Under the pieces are notes generated by a model. The model saw only the letters and a program-made list of their open reading frames with translations. It made no database searches and was not told the origin of the DNA. Of a stretch of 64,000 nucleotides of DNA, positions 31,327-40,191 are shown piece by piece. Position 1 is the stretch's first letter, and each line of letters begins with the position of its first letter. The stretch spans positions 58,245 through 122,244 of the forward strand of contig SAAU01000001.1 in assembly GCA_009929265.1 (NCBI GenBank). The letters are read 5' to 3'. Both the position numbers and the translations under genes were made by a program. The stretch is from Alphaproteobacteria bacterium (GTDB taxonomy: Bacteria; Pseudomonadota; Alphaproteobacteria; CASFRQ01; SAAU01).

Positions 31327-32022
31327 ATGTTTTTTATTAAACAACAAGTGAGGAAGTATGGGCATATTATTTCTTTAGGATATAATTGCGAAATTTCCTT
31401 TCAATTTTTTCTAAAATACCATTTTGTTGAAAGTAGTTTGTTTGCTTGGGTAAATTGTTTAAATGTTGATAATTTAATTTACGCTTTATCACATTTAGAC
31501 AAGGTTTGTTCCGGAGAAATTAAAAATATAAAACCAATGTGGAAATGTGAAAATACAGGAATCTGTTTCCATGGAAAAACATCTATGAAAATTATGATAA
31601 ACAATCTTTCTGCTCAAATTTTAAAAGAAGATAAAGAAGAATTGTTGAGCAGAGTTTCCTATTTAAAGAATAAATTTATTCAAACATCTTCCGATGGGAA
31701 AAAGAATCTTTACATATTTAAATATCCCTCAAAAGAAGAATCTGACATTACAGAGAAAATAAATCTTTTGTATGAAAAATTAGATAATCTTGTTGAAAAT
31801 GAATTTGATTTACTAATCATTTTGGAAAATGATTTTTGTTCTAAAATACAGGAAAATGTATTTAATCCTCATATTTTTATTCGGCGAGTTGATTTTTTTA
31901 CAAAAGAAGAAGATGTGACTTCTAAAGAAAATGATTTTAAACACTATAAAAAAATATTTAAAGAATTTCGTCCTGATTTTAAACAAAAAAAGAAGAAAAA
32001 ATTTAAGTTTGAGGAAATTTAG
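31327..32022 (+). CDS. hypothetical Lys-rich protein with conserved G-x-N/A-C-E...FxW motif (DUF1796-like?)
   Basis: 231 aa. The N-terminus reads SLGYNCEISFQF...SLFAWVN. It is paralogous to the next ORF. Confidence 0.3.
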   Translation: MFFIKQQVRKYGHIISLGYNCEISFQFFLKYHFVESSLFAWVNCLNVDNLIYALSHLDKVCSGEIKNIKPMWKCENTGICFHGKTSMKIMINNLSAQILKEDKEELLSRVSYLKNKFIQTSSDGKKNLYIFKYPSKEESDITEKINLLYEKLDNLVENEFDLLIILENDFCSKIQENVFNPHIFIRRVDFFTKEEDVTSKENDFKHYKKIFKEFRPDFKQKKKKKFKFEEI

Positions 32023-32023
32023 A

Positions 32024-32770
32024 GTGAAGAAAAAATATGATTTGATTTTTGGGATAGGGGAAGCGTGTTCTTGCACTCAAGCTTTAAGAGGGGCTGGGCT
32101 TCAGATTAAATCTTTTCCTTTCGATTGGCTTTATGGATCTGATTTTTTAGGTCGGATTGAAATTTTAAGCTCTTGTTTTAAGGATTTTTTTAAAAAAGAA
32201 GATTTGGTTGACACAAAAACAACAAATTTGGATAAGAAAAATTTATGTAAAATTTATAAAAATAAAAGAAATAAAATTGTTTTTAATCACGATTTTCTTG
32301 AAAAAATGCCTTTTGATGAAGCGTATCCTAGCATTTTTGAAAAATATCAAAGGCGGATAGGGCGGCTATTTTCTTTAATTAAACAGGCAAAAAGTTTTTT
32401 AGTTGTTTACATTGAAACCCCAAACGCTGAAGAAAAATTAACAGATAAAAAAGATTTAAAAAAAGCTTTTAATTTTTTGCAAAAGGCTTTCCCCCATAAA
32501 AAGATAGATTTAATTTACTTTTCTAATACGACAAAGGCCTTTGATAAACAGAGTTTTGAAGAGGTTTCCAAGCATATTCTTTTAGCACGTTTCAATTATA
32601 GTAGCATAAAGGAAAATGACCCTGATTATGCGATAAATGGAAAGCTTATTAAAAAGATATTAAGACAGAAATTTCGTCTAAAAATGTCTTTCAAAGAAAG
32701 GATTTATCAGATCTTAAGAAAAAGGGGAAAGAAACTCTTAAGACGACTCGAAAAAATTAAAAAAAGTTAG
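32024..32770 (+). CDS. hypothetical Lys-rich protein, paralogue of 31327-32022
   Basis: A GTG start at 32024 has GAGGAAA 8 nt upstream. The N-terminus reads GIGEACSCTQAL...FPFDWLYGSDF, parallel to the upstream paralogue. Confidence 0.3.
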   Translation: MKKKYDLIFGIGEACSCTQALRGAGLQIKSFPFDWLYGSDFLGRIEILSSCFKDFFKKEDLVDTKTTNLDKKNLCKIYKNKRNKIVFNHDFLEKMPFDEAYPSIFEKYQRRIGRLFSLIKQAKSFLVVYIETPNAEEKLTDKKDLKKAFNFLQKAFPHKKIDLIYFSNTTKAFDKQSFEEVSKHILLARFNYSSIKENDPDYAINGKLIKKILRQKFRLKMSFKERIYQILRKRGKKLLRRLEKIKKS

Positions 32771-33014
32771 GATTTTCCTTATTTTCCTTTTATTGTTTAT
32801 ATCTATTTGATTTTTAATAGAAAAATTATTTTTCTAAGGAAATATTTTCTTCTAAACTGAATAATTTTTTATTTTATTTGAAATAAACCTTTGAATTTTT
32901 ATCAGGTATAACCTATTGAATTTAAGAGGGAATTTTTTTGTTCCTTTTTTTGTCGATTTTACCTTGAAACTTCATTTCGGGGTGTTTATAGTTAAAGAAA
33001 AAAAAGGAGAAATC

Positions 33015-34733
33015 ATGAACACCCCCTCTGTTAAAGTTTCCTTTTTAGGAGGATGCAATCCTACGAAAATTGGAGCGAATTCTACTCTTTTTACTGTCAA
33101 AAAAAATAATAAAAATCTTAATGTATTGGTCGATTTAGGCTCTATGTTTGTTGACGATATTTCAACAGAATATAATAGGGTTATGCCAGATTTGATTCCT
33201 TATTTAGGCAAAATTGATGATCTGTTCATTACCCATGGGCATTTGGACCATATTGGAGCCATTTCGGATTATCTTTTCTTGATTAAAAAACTAAGAGAAG
33301 AAGCAACTTTTGGCGACAAAAATGACTTAAAACTTCCGGTTTTACACGTCAATAAATTCACCTATAAAGCTATTAGTGAAGGAATTGAACCAGCTGTTAG
33401 AGACCTTTTTGAAGAAATCCCTGTTAAGTTTTTTGATAAAGAATCCGTTATTGAAGTGAGTGAAGATTTTAAGGTTCATCCGATTGCTGTTTCTCATTCC
33501 ATTCCAGAAGCATCAGCTTTTTTAATCGAAACAGAGGCCGGAAATTTCCTTCATATGGGAGATTATAAGCTTTCCAAAATTCAGCTCGGGCATTCCTTTG
33601 ATTTCAATAGATTAAAGACGCTTTGTAAAGAAAAAGGGGTCGATTATTTAATTGATGACGCAACAAGGGCTGGATTAAGCGCTACAGGTGTTCCGGAAGA
33701 GGAAATTCGAAGTGGGATTTTACACCTTTTTGAAAAAAACAAATCCAAGCGTATTATTGGCTCTGTTATTTCTTCAAATATGGAGGCTTTATTTAACTTT
33801 GTAAACGCAGCAGAAAAATCAGGGAAAAAGGCGGTTATTCTTTCAGGAAAACGCCTTATTTCTTTTTATGAGATTCTTTTAGAATCAAAGCTTATTAAAG
33901 AAGACACGTTTTCTATTCCTATTTATTTATGCAATAAAAATATGACTGGAAAAGAAACAAAAGAAATCCAAAATTTGGAAAGAAATGAGCAGGCTTGGTT
34001 GGTCTCGGGATGTCAAAACGAGACGTTTTCAAGAATGAATTTGATGAGCTTAGGGCGGGATGATAAAATCAATTTATGCTCTGAAGATGTCGTCGCTTTA
34101 ATGCAGGCATGTATCCCTGGAAATGAATGCGAATATGAACGGTTAATCGAAGATTTATTGCATATTGCCTCCCCAAAAATCTATGCAACAAGAGATCAGT
34201 CTAATCGCTTTAAAGAAGTGACGTATTTGAATGATATTTATATTTCAGGTCATGCAAAAAAAGAAGATAAGCAAAAATTATTTGATTTCATCCTTAAAAA
34301 CAGTAAAGCAAAGACAAAGCTCATTCCTTTCCATGGAAGTTATTTCCAACTTAAGGCGCTTGAAAAAGTGGGAAGAGAATCGGGATTAGGAATTGTTAAA
34401 CGTAGAGTTAATGAGGATTTATACTTCTCGGAAGAGTCTTATTTTACCAAAAAAAGAGAAAGTTCCTCCTACATCGCTGTTAAATATGTCAAAGTTAATA
34501 AGAAAAACACGCCCTCCTATCACCTTGTTAATTTAACAAGAAAAGGCGAAATTGAGCCTGTTTCTTTGATTTACTCAGAAGATCAGGATATGTTTGATCT
34601 TTATAAAACAAAGGCTGTTTCTAATAATTACGAAGAGATTTATGGAAAACTGGAAGATGAAGAAGCCTTAAAGAAAAAGGAAAAAGACATTTTAATTTAC
34701 AGAGAATTAAAGCTATCTGCGAAAGGAATATAA
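33015..34733 (+). CDS. rnj: ribonuclease J (metallo-beta-lactamase/beta-CASP)
   Basis: The MBL motif reads THGHLDHIGA. RNase J-like blocks include HSIPEASAFLIETEAGNFLHMGDYK and RIIGSVISSNMEALFNFVNAAEKSGKKAV. The ATG at 33015 follows AAAGGAG. The ORF-track start at 32916 is a TTG. Confidence 0.6.
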   Translation: MNTPSVKVSFLGGCNPTKIGANSTLFTVKKNNKNLNVLVDLGSMFVDDISTEYNRVMPDLIPYLGKIDDLFITHGHLDHIGAISDYLFLIKKLREEATFGDKNDLKLPVLHVNKFTYKAISEGIEPAVRDLFEEIPVKFFDKESVIEVSEDFKVHPIAVSHSIPEASAFLIETEAGNFLHMGDYKLSKIQLGHSFDFNRLKTLCKEKGVDYLIDDATRAGLSATGVPEEEIRSGILHLFEKNKSKRIIGSVISSNMEALFNFVNAAEKSGKKAVILSGKRLISFYEILLESKLIKEDTFSIPIYLCNKNMTGKETKEIQNLERNEQAWLVSGCQNETFSRMNLMSLGRDDKINLCSEDVVALMQACIPGNECEYERLIEDLLHIASPKIYATRDQSNRFKEVTYLNDIYISGHAKKEDKQKLFDFILKNSKAKTKLIPFHGSYFQLKALEKVGRESGLGIVKRRVNEDLYFSEESYFTKKRESSSYIAVKYVKVNKKNTPSYHLVNLTRKGEIEPVSLIYSEDQDMFDLYKTKAVSNNYEEIYGKLEDEEALKKKEKDILIYRELKLSAKGI

Positions 34734-34748
34734 ATTTCTAAAATATGC

Positions 34749-34777
34749 TTGACAAGAATAAATGACTATGCTATTAT
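34749..34777 (+). promoter_or_regulatory. near-consensus sigma70 promoter (TTGACA, 17 nt, TATTAT) driving the phage-derived module
   Basis: TTGACA lies at 34749-34754 and TATTAT at 34772-34777, with an exact 17-nt spacer. It sits about 90 nt upstream of the terminase start. Confidence 0.5.
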
Positions 34778-34868
34778 TCTGTAAAATGTCGCAATAGGTG
34801 GGTTAGTTAAAGATTAACTTCAAAGAAAAATAAAAAAGGGAAGAATCGAAAGGTTCTTTCCTTTTTCT

Positions 34869-36203
34869 ATGTTTAAAGAAAGGAAGAACGTGTCAATTAA
34901 ATTAGAAATTCCTGTTCTGTTTTCTCCTCTTTTAAAAGAAAAAAAACGCTATAAGCTTTATTATGGAGGGCGGGCAGGGGGAAAAAGTTATGCTTTTGCC
35001 GAAAGCATCCTCCTTAAAGGGCGAATGGAAAAGCTTTTTATTGTCTGTGTACGTGAAATTCAAGAGAGTATTAAAGAATCTGTTTATAAGCTGCTTTCCG
35101 ATAGAATTGAAAAATTAGGCCTCTCAGATTACAAAATTTTTGAAAGAAAAATCGAAAATAAGCTAACAGGAACGAAAATTATCTTTAAGGGATTAAGAGA
35201 TCAGGATGCCTCAAAGATAAAGTCCTTAGAAGGGGCGGATATTTGCTGGATTGAAGAAGGGCAATCTATTACAAAGAAAAGCTGGAATATTTTAGATCCA
35301 ACCATTCGAAAGGAAGGCTCCGAAATCTGGATTTCTATGAATAGAGAAAATGAAAACGATGCTCTTTGGATGATTTTAGGCAAACATCCCGATAAAAGGA
35401 CGTTGGTTCAAAAAGTTAATTTTATGGATAATCCCTTCTGTCCCGAAGAAATTAAATTTCAGGCCAAAAAATGCCTCAAAGATAGACCAGAAGAATATCC
35501 ACATATTTGGCTGGGAGAGCCTAAATCTCAAGCCGATAAGACGTTAATTTCATCTGGATTGATCTTAAAAGCTTTTCAAACGAAAGGAATTCTTTCCAAA
35601 AGTCCACTTGTGATTGGAGTCGATATTGCCAGATTTGGATCAGATAAAAGTGCTTTTGTTTACAGAAAAGGCCGGTCGTGTTTTAAGTATGAGCTTTTGT
35701 CCTCTCAAGATACAGTGGATATTGCCAATCGATTAACAGCTTTAATCTATGAGGTGCATCCCCATAAGATTTTCTTAGATTTGGGAAATTCCGGGGCAGG
35801 GGTCTACGATATCCTAAATGATAGAGGGTTTTCCGAGATTGTTGTTGGGATAAATTTTGGTGCTAAAGCCATTCAAAAGGATAGATATGTCAATAAACGT
35901 GCCGAAATGTGGGACGGTATTCGATTATGGCTTTCGGGAAAATTGCCCGTTGAGCTTTTAGAACATGAAGGCGTGCTTTCTGATTTGATTTCGGTTCAAA
36001 AAAAGTATGATAGCTATGGGCGATTACAGCTTGAAAGCAAGGATGAACTTAAGAAGAGGTTAGGGCATTCTCCTGATATTGGGGATGCTTTAGCTTTGAC
36101 CTTTGCAGAGCCTGTTTTCGAAAAAACACCGCCAAAGCTTTACAAATCTGGTGTTTCTTTTGAAGATCTTTTTCAAGAAGAAAAGCTCGATTTATCCTGG
36201 TGA
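34869..36203 (+). CDS. phage terminase large subunit (PBSX-like family)
   Basis: 444 aa. The Walker A-like ATPase motif reads YYGGRAGGKSYAFAE. A C-terminal nuclease-like half contains acidic residues (VIGVDIARFGSDKSAF). Confidence 0.75.
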   Translation: MFKERKNVSIKLEIPVLFSPLLKEKKRYKLYYGGRAGGKSYAFAESILLKGRMEKLFIVCVREIQESIKESVYKLLSDRIEKLGLSDYKIFERKIENKLTGTKIIFKGLRDQDASKIKSLEGADICWIEEGQSITKKSWNILDPTIRKEGSEIWISMNRENENDALWMILGKHPDKRTLVQKVNFMDNPFCPEEIKFQAKKCLKDRPEEYPHIWLGEPKSQADKTLISSGLILKAFQTKGILSKSPLVIGVDIARFGSDKSAFVYRKGRSCFKYELLSSQDTVDIANRLTALIYEVHPHKIFLDLGNSGAGVYDILNDRGFSEIVVGINFGAKAIQKDRYVNKRAEMWDGIRLWLSGKLPVELLEHEGVLSDLISVQKKYDSYGRLQLESKDELKKRLGHSPDIGDALALTFAEPVFEKTPPKLYKSGVSFEDLFQEEKLDLSW

Positions 36204-36346
36204 GCGTCTAAAAAGAGTAATAAAAATTCTTATTTTAAATACTAGTTGTATTTGTTTTTTGAATAGATTACACTAAAAACGCGTAAGCTTGTTGTTGTCA
36301 AGACGTCTTAATTTTTTAAGGCGTCTTTTTTTATTGGGAGTTTTAA

Positions 36347-36598
36347 ATGTTAAATGCCGTTTCGGATCGGATTTTCGTTAGGTTAAAAGAGGCGCCTAAA
36401 AAAAGTTCTCTTATTCTAACTGATTCTCTAAAAGGGATTTCAAATCAAGGAATTGTAGAAAGTGTAGGGCCTCTTGTTTATTCTGTTAAAAAAGGACAAG
36501 AGGTTCTTTTTCATTGCTTTGATGAGCTGCCAACCCCTGAAAAAGGAGTGGTTGTTATTCGAGAATCAAGCATTTTAGGAATTTATGAAAATGAGTAA
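36347..36598 (+). CDS. GroES-like 10-kDa co-chaperonin-fold protein (phage-encoded?)
   Basis: 83 aa. The N-terminus reads DRIFVRLKEAPKKSSLIL and the C-terminus reads VVIRESSILGIYE. These run parallel to GroES DRVIVKR...GGIVL and MSESDILAIVE. The 3' end overlaps the next ORF. Confidence 0.35.
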   Translation: MLNAVSDRIFVRLKEAPKKSSLILTDSLKGISNQGIVESVGPLVYSVKKGQEVLFHCFDELPTPEKGVVVIRESSILGIYENE

Positions 36599-38444
36599 AT
36601 TATCAAAAAATACATCACTTTCTTTTTGGCAAAAACGAGTTTTGGATGCCGAAAAGAAATATTATGATTACCACAATCTTGTCGATAAAACGCGAAAATT
36701 TTATAAGGATAGTGAATCAACGTTAGGAAAATCAGGACATTACAATATTTTTTGGTCCTCTGTTGAAACATTAAAGCCCTTTCTTTACTTTAAGTGTCCC
36801 GAAATTCATATCAAACGCTTAAATAAAGAGGCTTCTAAAGGCGAAAAATATGCTTGTAAAATTCTTGAAAAAGCTTTGAAATGGAGTGTTTCTCAAGCCG
36901 ATTTCGATAGTGTTTTGAAATATGCAAGAAATGATTTTCTTATCTCTGGCATGGGGCTTCTTTGGGAAAGATATCAAGGTGAATTTACAAAAATTGACGG
37001 CGAAGATATTAAAGTTTCCGAAAATGTCTTGTCGCAATATGTGGATCCGTCTTGCTTTATTGCCGATTGTGATAATGTTGGAATTTGGGAGGATGTCACT
37101 TGGGTGGCTCGACGCGTTTATATGTCTTTAAGGGAGATTGAAAAAAGTTTTGGAAAAGAAAGTTTGGAAAGCTTACAAATCAATCTAAAAGAAGATGAAA
37201 AAGACTTTAAATCCTATGTCGTTTACGAAGTTTGGGATAAAGTTACCAAAAAAGTCTATTGGTTTGAAAAGAATGGCACAAAATTCTTCAAGGTTTTAGA
37301 GGATCCTTTGCATTTGAAGGACTTTTTCCCGTGTCCAAAGCCCTTGTTTGCGACCCTAACGAATGATAGCATTATTCCTATTCCTGATTATATTTTGATT
37401 AAAGAACTCTTAGATGAGTTAAATGGGGTTAATTACCGAATGAGGATGATTACGCAGGCGTTTAAAGTCTCTGGAGCCTACGATGGATCTTTCCCCGATT
37501 TACAAAATATTTTGGAAAAAGAAAATGTATTGGTGGCCTTAAAAGACTTTATAAAACTTAAGGAAAACGGCGGAATTAAAGGGGTTATCGACTTTATTCC
37601 TTTGGAACAATATGTCGCAGCCCTATCAGAGCTTGCTGAACGCAGGAAGGATATTATGATGCAAATTTATAATATCACAGGAATTTCTGATATTATGAGA
37701 GGGGCTTCTAACCCACAAGAAACTGCCACTGCCGTTGTTCGAAAAACAAACTTTGGGAACCTAAGAAACCAAGACCGGCAAAATGATATGCAACGCTTTA
37801 TTGCGGATCTTTACCGTCTAAAGGCCGAGATGATTGCAGAGCTTTTTTCAAAGGATTTATTGCTTTCATTTCTTTCTAAAGAAGAACGACAAGATGAGGA
37901 GGCCTCAAAAGAAGCTCTTCGTATTTTACGGGAAGAAAAAATCCGCCAAATGAGCTTTCTAATTGGAACAGATGGCTTGTTTAACCAGGAAGAAGAGCTT
38001 AAAAAGACATCAGATGTGCTTTCTTCGTTAAATGGAATCGTTCAAAATGCGCTTCAAAATGTATCTGTGCAGCCTCTCTTGTTGCTTTTTTATAAGGAAA
38101 TGGTGGATGTGGTTGCGCAATACTTGCCCAAAGCAAGATCCCTTGAGAGTGTGATTGAATCGACGTTTGATAAGATTTCAAAAGAGCTTTCCTCAAAAGA
38201 AAATCCAGGGCCTAATCTTGGATTTTTACTTGAGCAAGAAAAACTTAAAAACACCTTTATGATTGAAAAAGAAAAGCTTGAAATTAAAAGAAAAGAGCTT
38301 CTCTTAAAGGAAAATGAGTTTAAATCAAAGCGAGATCTCACTCAAAAAGAAATGGCCTTGCAAGCACACTTTAAAACAGAAGAGTTAAAAGAAGATAAGA
38401 AGGTTGATAGCAATATTTCAACAGGGTTTGTGAAAGATTTTTAA
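36585..38444 (+). CDS. putative phage portal protein with C-terminal coiled-coil
   Basis: 619 aa. It sits immediately after the terminase and has a long C-terminal helical, Lys/Glu-rich region. I recognised no diagnostic motif, so the call rests on position and size. Confidence 0.3.
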   Translation: MKMSKLSKNTSLSFWQKRVLDAEKKYYDYHNLVDKTRKFYKDSESTLGKSGHYNIFWSSVETLKPFLYFKCPEIHIKRLNKEASKGEKYACKILEKALKWSVSQADFDSVLKYARNDFLISGMGLLWERYQGEFTKIDGEDIKVSENVLSQYVDPSCFIADCDNVGIWEDVTWVARRVYMSLREIEKSFGKESLESLQINLKEDEKDFKSYVVYEVWDKVTKKVYWFEKNGTKFFKVLEDPLHLKDFFPCPKPLFATLTNDSIIPIPDYILIKELLDELNGVNYRMRMITQAFKVSGAYDGSFPDLQNILEKENVLVALKDFIKLKENGGIKGVIDFIPLEQYVAALSELAERRKDIMMQIYNITGISDIMRGASNPQETATAVVRKTNFGNLRNQDRQNDMQRFIADLYRLKAEMIAELFSKDLLLSFLSKEERQDEEASKEALRILREEKIRQMSFLIGTDGLFNQEEELKKTSDVLSSLNGIVQNALQNVSVQPLLLLFYKEMVDVVAQYLPKARSLESVIESTFDKISKELSSKENPGPNLGFLLEQEKLKNTFMIEKEKLEIKRKELLLKENEFKSKRDLTQKEMALQAHFKTEELKEDKKVDSNISTGFVKDF

Positions 38445-38470
38445 CCCTTAATACAAGAAAAAGGTGAGGT

Positions 38471-38689
38471 ATGGTAAAAAGAAAAACGCCTCCAAAAGAT
38501 ATGAAAAAAATCTGGTTAGAGGTTTTTGATAAAATGGGTGGAATTGAAGGATTGCTTTCTTGGGCAAATGAAAATCAAAATGAATTTTATAAAATTTGCA
38601 CAAAGCTTTTTTCAATTGAAATAAAAGATAAAGATGAAAAGCCAAATCAGGTTCTTGTTAAATTTTTGGAAGATAAGAAGTTAAATTAA
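38471..38689 (+). CDS. hypothetical phage-module protein (72 aa)
   Basis: The ORF is co-directional and tightly packed within the phage-derived block. Confidence 0.2.
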   Translation: MVKRKTPPKDMKKIWLEVFDKMGGIEGLLSWANENQNEFYKICTKLFSIEIKDKDEKPNQVLVKFLEDKKLN

Positions 38690-38757
38690 GTTATTTTATT
38701 AACAAGCTATAAAAGAAGGTTAAATTTATTTTAGCCTTCTTTTTTTATGGAGGAATT

Positions 38758-38985
38758 ATGGCCTTTATTAACAGCCTATTTCAGACAGATTTTGAGTTGC
38801 CCAATGGTGAAAAAGTCTCTTCTTTAAAAGAAGCAGAAGAAAAAATGAACCAGCTTGGGATAACTTTATCAAGCAATTATTCAGAGGATTATTACAAGAA
38901 AAAACGTCTGAGTAATACGAAAAAAGAGAAGGAAGATCTCTTCAATCTCTTTATTTTAAACTACAAAAGGAGTATTTGGTTATGA
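38758..38985 (+). CDS. hypothetical phage-module protein (75 aa)
   Basis: The ORF is co-directional within the phage block. Confidence 0.2.
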   Translation: MAFINSLFQTDFELPNGEKVSSLKEAEEKMNQLGITLSSNYSEDYYKKKRLSNTKKEKEDLFNLFILNYKRSIWL

Positions 38986-39084
38986 CAACTAAAACAAGAG
39001 AAGAATTAGAAAAACTTTTTTCTTCTTTGCCGAAAACTATAAAAGAAGAAAAACATAAAGAGGGGGAGAAATCCTCAAGTCATT

Positions 39085-39519
39085 TTGGAGAAATTAGCTT
39101 CCCTTTATCAGGTTTCATTTCCATCAAAGCCCCCTCTTCAAAAAGGGGAAAATAAGGATAAACCCCTTCTTCAGAAGGCTTTATCTTTACTAAAATCCTT
39201 TGATGACGCGGTTGATGAAGCGGGGACAAAAAAGCACCCCTTCTTTAATGACGTTTCTTTAGAAATGGCTTCCCTTTTGAAAAATAAGCTCGTCTCCTCT
39301 TTGGAAGAGGCTTATGAAAAAGCCGTTTGGCTTAACCCAAAAATTAGAAATTCTTTAATCGAAGAAAAAACGCTTCAAACAATAAAGAAAAAAGTCGAAG
39401 AATCCGAAAAGGCCAAGGAAGCCTCCTTTTCGGTTAAGGGAAAAATGACTGGACAATCAGATCTTTCAAAGCTTTCAACGAGAGATCTTTTGGAATTTCA
39501 ATTCCGGAATTTAGACTAA
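39085..39519 (+). CDS. hypothetical helical phage-module protein (possible scaffold)
   Basis: 144 aa, alpha-helical and Lys/Glu-rich. An overlapping ORF at 38983-39156 in another frame may mean a frameshifted single gene. Confidence 0.2.
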   Translation: MEKLASLYQVSFPSKPPLQKGENKDKPLLQKALSLLKSFDDAVDEAGTKKHPFFNDVSLEMASLLKNKLVSSLEEAYEKAVWLNPKIRNSLIEEKTLQTIKKKVEESEKAKEASFSVKGKMTGQSDLSKLSTRDLLEFQFRNLD

Positions 39520-39546
39520 ATTTTAACTTAAAAAAAGGAAAACAAA

Positions 39547-39795
39547 ATGAGTAATTCAAATTATAATGATATTTTTACGACAACATTAGAAAGCAGAACA
39601 GGAAAATTGGCTGATAATGTTTCCGATAGCAACGCTCTTCTTTCTAGATTGAGAGAAAAGAAGAATATGGAGAATATCCAGAAACTACCCTTCCAGAAGA
39701 TGGCACTTGGTCCAATTATGTTTCAACAGGTTCTTCTGGAAGTGGGACTGTTTTGGCGTTGCGCTTTAAAAAAAATAATCGAGAAACACGTATGA
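39547..39795 (+). CDS. hypothetical phage-module protein (82 aa)
   Basis: The ORF is co-directional within the phage block. Confidence 0.2.
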   Translation: MSNSNYNDIFTTTLESRTGKLADNVSDSNALLSRLREKKNMENIQKLPFQKMALGPIMFQQVLLEVGLFWRCALKKIIEKHV

Positions 39796-39840
39796 AAAAC
39801 ATTGCGTTAAACTACTTTATTAAAGTAAAGGAGGAAGAAA

Positions 39841-40191
39841 ATGTCGCATAAAATTACCCCTGATGGGATTTCTATTACGCAAGGAGATTCTCTATATCTT
39901 CCTATTACTTTTAATGGGATGGATATTACGAATGCCACCTTAAATATGCAGGTGAGCTCTCAGGATTTGAAGACCCTTTTCATTGATAAGAAAGTCTCAA
40001 CACATATCGATGCTGCAAACGGGAAAACGGCTCTTAACTTAATGCCGTCAGATATAAATATTCCCGTTGGCGACTATGTGACAGATATGGAACTTTGCCT
40101 TTTAGATGGTCAAATCTTGACCTTTTACCCTGAAAGAACAGAAAAACAAGCCTTTTTTAGAGTCCTTGCCCAAGTGACAAAGGAGGAATAA
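39841..40191 (+). CDS. hypothetical phage structural protein (beta-rich, 116 aa)
   Basis: AGGAGG-like RBS (AAGGAGGAAGAAA) sits before the ATG. Predicted beta-strand-rich composition. Confidence 0.25.
   Translation: MSHKITPDGISITQGDSLYLPITFNGMDITNATLNMQVSSQDLKTLFIDKKVSTHIDAANGKTALNLMPSDINIPVGDYVTDMELCLLDGQILTFYPERTEKQAFFRVLAQVTKEE

Noticed and set aside
38983-39519. ORF starting ATG at 38983 (MTTKTREELEKLF...) that overlaps the start of 39085-39519 in a different frame; possibly one scaffold-like gene split by a frameshift
   Set aside because: I cannot distinguish between a real programmed or accidental frameshift and two short overlapping genes from sequence alone. I left it as a note rather than a feature.
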